DNA of 64,000 bases, taken from assembly GCA_900088475.1 (NCBI GenBank), contig FLMG01004571.1, positions 1 to 64,000 on the forward strand, written 5' to 3'. The translations under genes and the position numbers were made by a program. A model generated the notes under the pieces. The model was not told the DNA's origin, did not search any database, and was given only the letters and a program-made list of their open reading frames with translations. Numbering within the stretch: position 1 is the first letter of the stretch; each line of letters opens with the position of its first letter. Shown one piece after another: positions 61,480 through 64,000 of the stretch. This DNA is from Hyphochytrium catenoides (Eukaryota; Protista; Hyphochytriomycota).

Positions 61480-63985
61480 ATGGCTCACGAGTTTGTCGAG
61501 ATTGATGTTAGAGAATGCGCTGTGCATTCCACATCGGTTGATGGAGGTGGCTTTTGGGCTGTTATTGTGCATAGTGGTGCAGGTCAGCACCCGCCTGACA
61601 GCAGCACAGAGGCGTCTCAGTTCCATAAAGCAATGAAAGAAGCGTGCGCAGCGGCTTCCGAGATATTAAAAGTAAGCAGGGCCACTGAACTGCGTGCCGA
61701 CTTTTGTCCATGAGCATCTCGCTCAAGTCGTGCTCAGTGGCCATCCTCATAAGAACCGCCGTAATACACTTCTTCGAACTCTAATAACAAGTTCTTCTCC
61801 CTCAAAGCTCTTACCTCCTGGCTTATCTAGCTATCCTTCTTTGAATTCCCGCACAGTCTGCCCATGGAGATGCCATCTCAGCAGTGACAAGAGCAATCCG
61901 CACTTTGGAAGATGATGAGGTGACTAATGCTGGATATGGTTCAAACCTTACCTCGAAGGGCAAGGTGGAGTGTGATGCCGGTATCATGTGCGGCAACTCG
62001 AGACTATCTGCCCATGTGGGAGCAGTGTCGAGGGTCAAAAACCCTATAGACTTAGCCTGCGCACTCTTGAGGCGCTACAAGAAGGTATCAATGCTGAGCA
62101 ATGAATTGGGCCCTCTTCGTCCACACTTGGCTAGGTTTAGACATGTCCATCCGAACCACACTATAGTTGAGGGGCTCATCTCTTTGTCCGTTTGCCTGTC
62201 TCTTTCCAGCGTTGGTTTTTCGTAGAGCTTGATAGTTCTCATTTGTCTCTCAGTTTACTCTCGCTCGCATGACACACGTTTGTCCTCTTCACTTCGAATT
62301 TGGAATATTACCTTCGTCTCACGTTTCTTACTAAGGCCTCTGGACCTACTCGTACCCTATAGAGATATGATCTCATTCCTGCATTCGTTTATGTCTTTCG
62401 GTGCTCTCAGTTGACACTCTGCCCCTTGTATGGTCCGACTTCCACTCTATGCCAATACCGGGATGTATAGGGAAGACGCTCACTTGATAGAGTATCTCCC
62501 TTGTTTCTTGGCGGTGCTGGTGCCACCTCCTGGGCCAAGAGGCATGACGTGAAGATTTTAAAAGACAAGAATGCGCTGGTATGTAAGCAAGATATCTTAG
62601 AGGTAAGCCCGACCTAACCTTCGAATCTCGCCTTTCACCAAGGTCTCTCCTCCAGCGATGAGAGCTTGGCAACACTACCAGGGCCTCCTCGCAGAAGAGG
62701 AGAACGGAAGTGGACAGAGTAGGAGAAAAAGAAGGAGACAGGAAGGCACTGCCAAGAGGAAAGAGGTGCAAGGGAAGATGATGGATACGGTGGGGGCAAT
62801 CTGCATCGACAGCCGTGGAAGGGTGGCTGCCGGTATGCAGCGCTCATCTACTGCCTACATATCCTATACATGTTGCCTAACCGATGGGCCCCTCCTCCTC
62901 TCGGCCCTTCATGACTACCCATCACTACTCCTAGCGCCTTAGTTCCTTAGGCCCTATAGCAATGTCTTGGACCTACTCTTGCCGCCTAACGCACATTCGT
63001 TTCATCCTTGCGCCCTCTCGTCGTAACCTATCTCATAGGAGTATCCAGCGGCGGCATTGCGATGAAGTCTTCGGGGCGTATCGGCCATGCCGCCTGTCGA
63101 GGAGCAGGATGCTGGGCTCAAGATGGCTCTCTCTCCTCTCCAGGAATCAGCGTCTCCACGTCAGGTAATAGAAAACTTCTTTATGGCTGCAGCGTGTTGG
63201 GGATCAAGCTGCAACGAAGCAACCCGGCTGTTCCATACAAACTCTCTAGCCATGGTCTCGGAGATGAAAAGCGTTGGTGGAAAGAGAGCAGATATGGATA
63301 GGGGATAATGAACCGAAGAAGTTCCATGAAAGTTCCTAACTGTTGGGAATGACTAAGCGGAAAGCGAGAGGATGAAGGAGCTAGAACAGGTGAGAGCTAA
63401 GCTGCTCGTCAAACCGTCCAGGCTGCGGAGAGGAAATCATGCACTCAATGCTCGCGATGAGATGTGCAGAAATAATCCAGCAGGCACAAGGGGATGAGCT
63501 GCGGTACGTTGATCAAATTGCGTTCAAGGATCATCTATCTGATAGGCTTTGTGTCAAACTGTGTCGTCCTACTCCTGTCAGGCGAAAAGAAATAGAGGCT
63601 TTTTTCCAAGATGGGAACGCAGAGGCTGGGATAATTGGATTAATCGCCGATAAAGGTACAATTCATAACAGAAAAGAAGCGAAGGGAAGGGAGTTGGATG
63701 GTCAAAGTGCATCCTGTTAGACGTAACTTATTCTTCCTGTCCGCTCACTCAATTTTTCTGAAGGGACGATTAAGGGCTTTGCAGCTCATGTCACACCCAG
63801 CTTCGGTGTGGGATACTGCTCAAGCGTGAGCCCTCAACCTTCAGTGAGTGCCGCGGTTCTAACCTCAAGTGGCTCTCCATCTCATAACTGACGGCCTTTG
63901 TCTTCAGACCAGCATTCTTAGAAGCGTAAAGGGCGAAAATCCGGTGGTCTTCAGAATGCTAGAGCTGTCGCCACCACCAGCCTAG
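61480..63985 (+). CDS. TASP1: Threonine aspartase 1 (taspase-1, asparaginase-2 family), spliced
   Basis: VIVHSGAG, LEDDEVTNAGYGSNLT..G.VECDAGIM, VGAVSRVKNPI, autocleavage site MD|TVGAIC, SSGGIAMK..GRIG and STSG|CGEEI. Confidence 0.88.
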
Positions 63986-64000
63986 GCGTCGCGGCAGAAT

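Overview
Intron-rich eukaryotic nuclear DNA with many (AG/CT)n tracts and two N gaps. It is most likely a stramenopile close to the oomycetes/pseudofungi; this is an inference from an AT-AC minor intron, Inr/FPR-like promoter elements and an oomycete-like Cys-rich domain. Spliced housekeeping genes, reconstructed by hand, are a TEY MAP kinase, CWC25, a CinA/MoCF-domain protein, ubiquitin-RPS27a, a coiled-coil membrane protein, a CLASP_N protein, an Adc17/Tma17-like protein, a SAP+RCC1 protein, a calcineurin-A-like phosphatase, SPC24, an A1 aspartic protease and taspase-1. Intronless genes include a ZIP transporter, an ankyrin protein and an orphan secreted protein, and there is a decayed LINE. 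The standout is a ~10 kb mirror-symmetric cassette (39.5-49.5 kb) of four intronless secreted-protein genes arranged A(-) B(+) B'(-) A'(+). It appears to be an old inverted duplication of a head-to-head pair made of a ~273-aa Gly/Ser/Thr-rich N[LF]RG-motif protein and a small Cys-rich protein. Also notable are a clean U12 AT-AC intron in SPC24, a calcineurin-A-like enzyme fused to EF-hands and a membrane anchor, and a ZIP lacking both canonical transport-site histidines. No database searches were run, so all family calls come from motif recognition.
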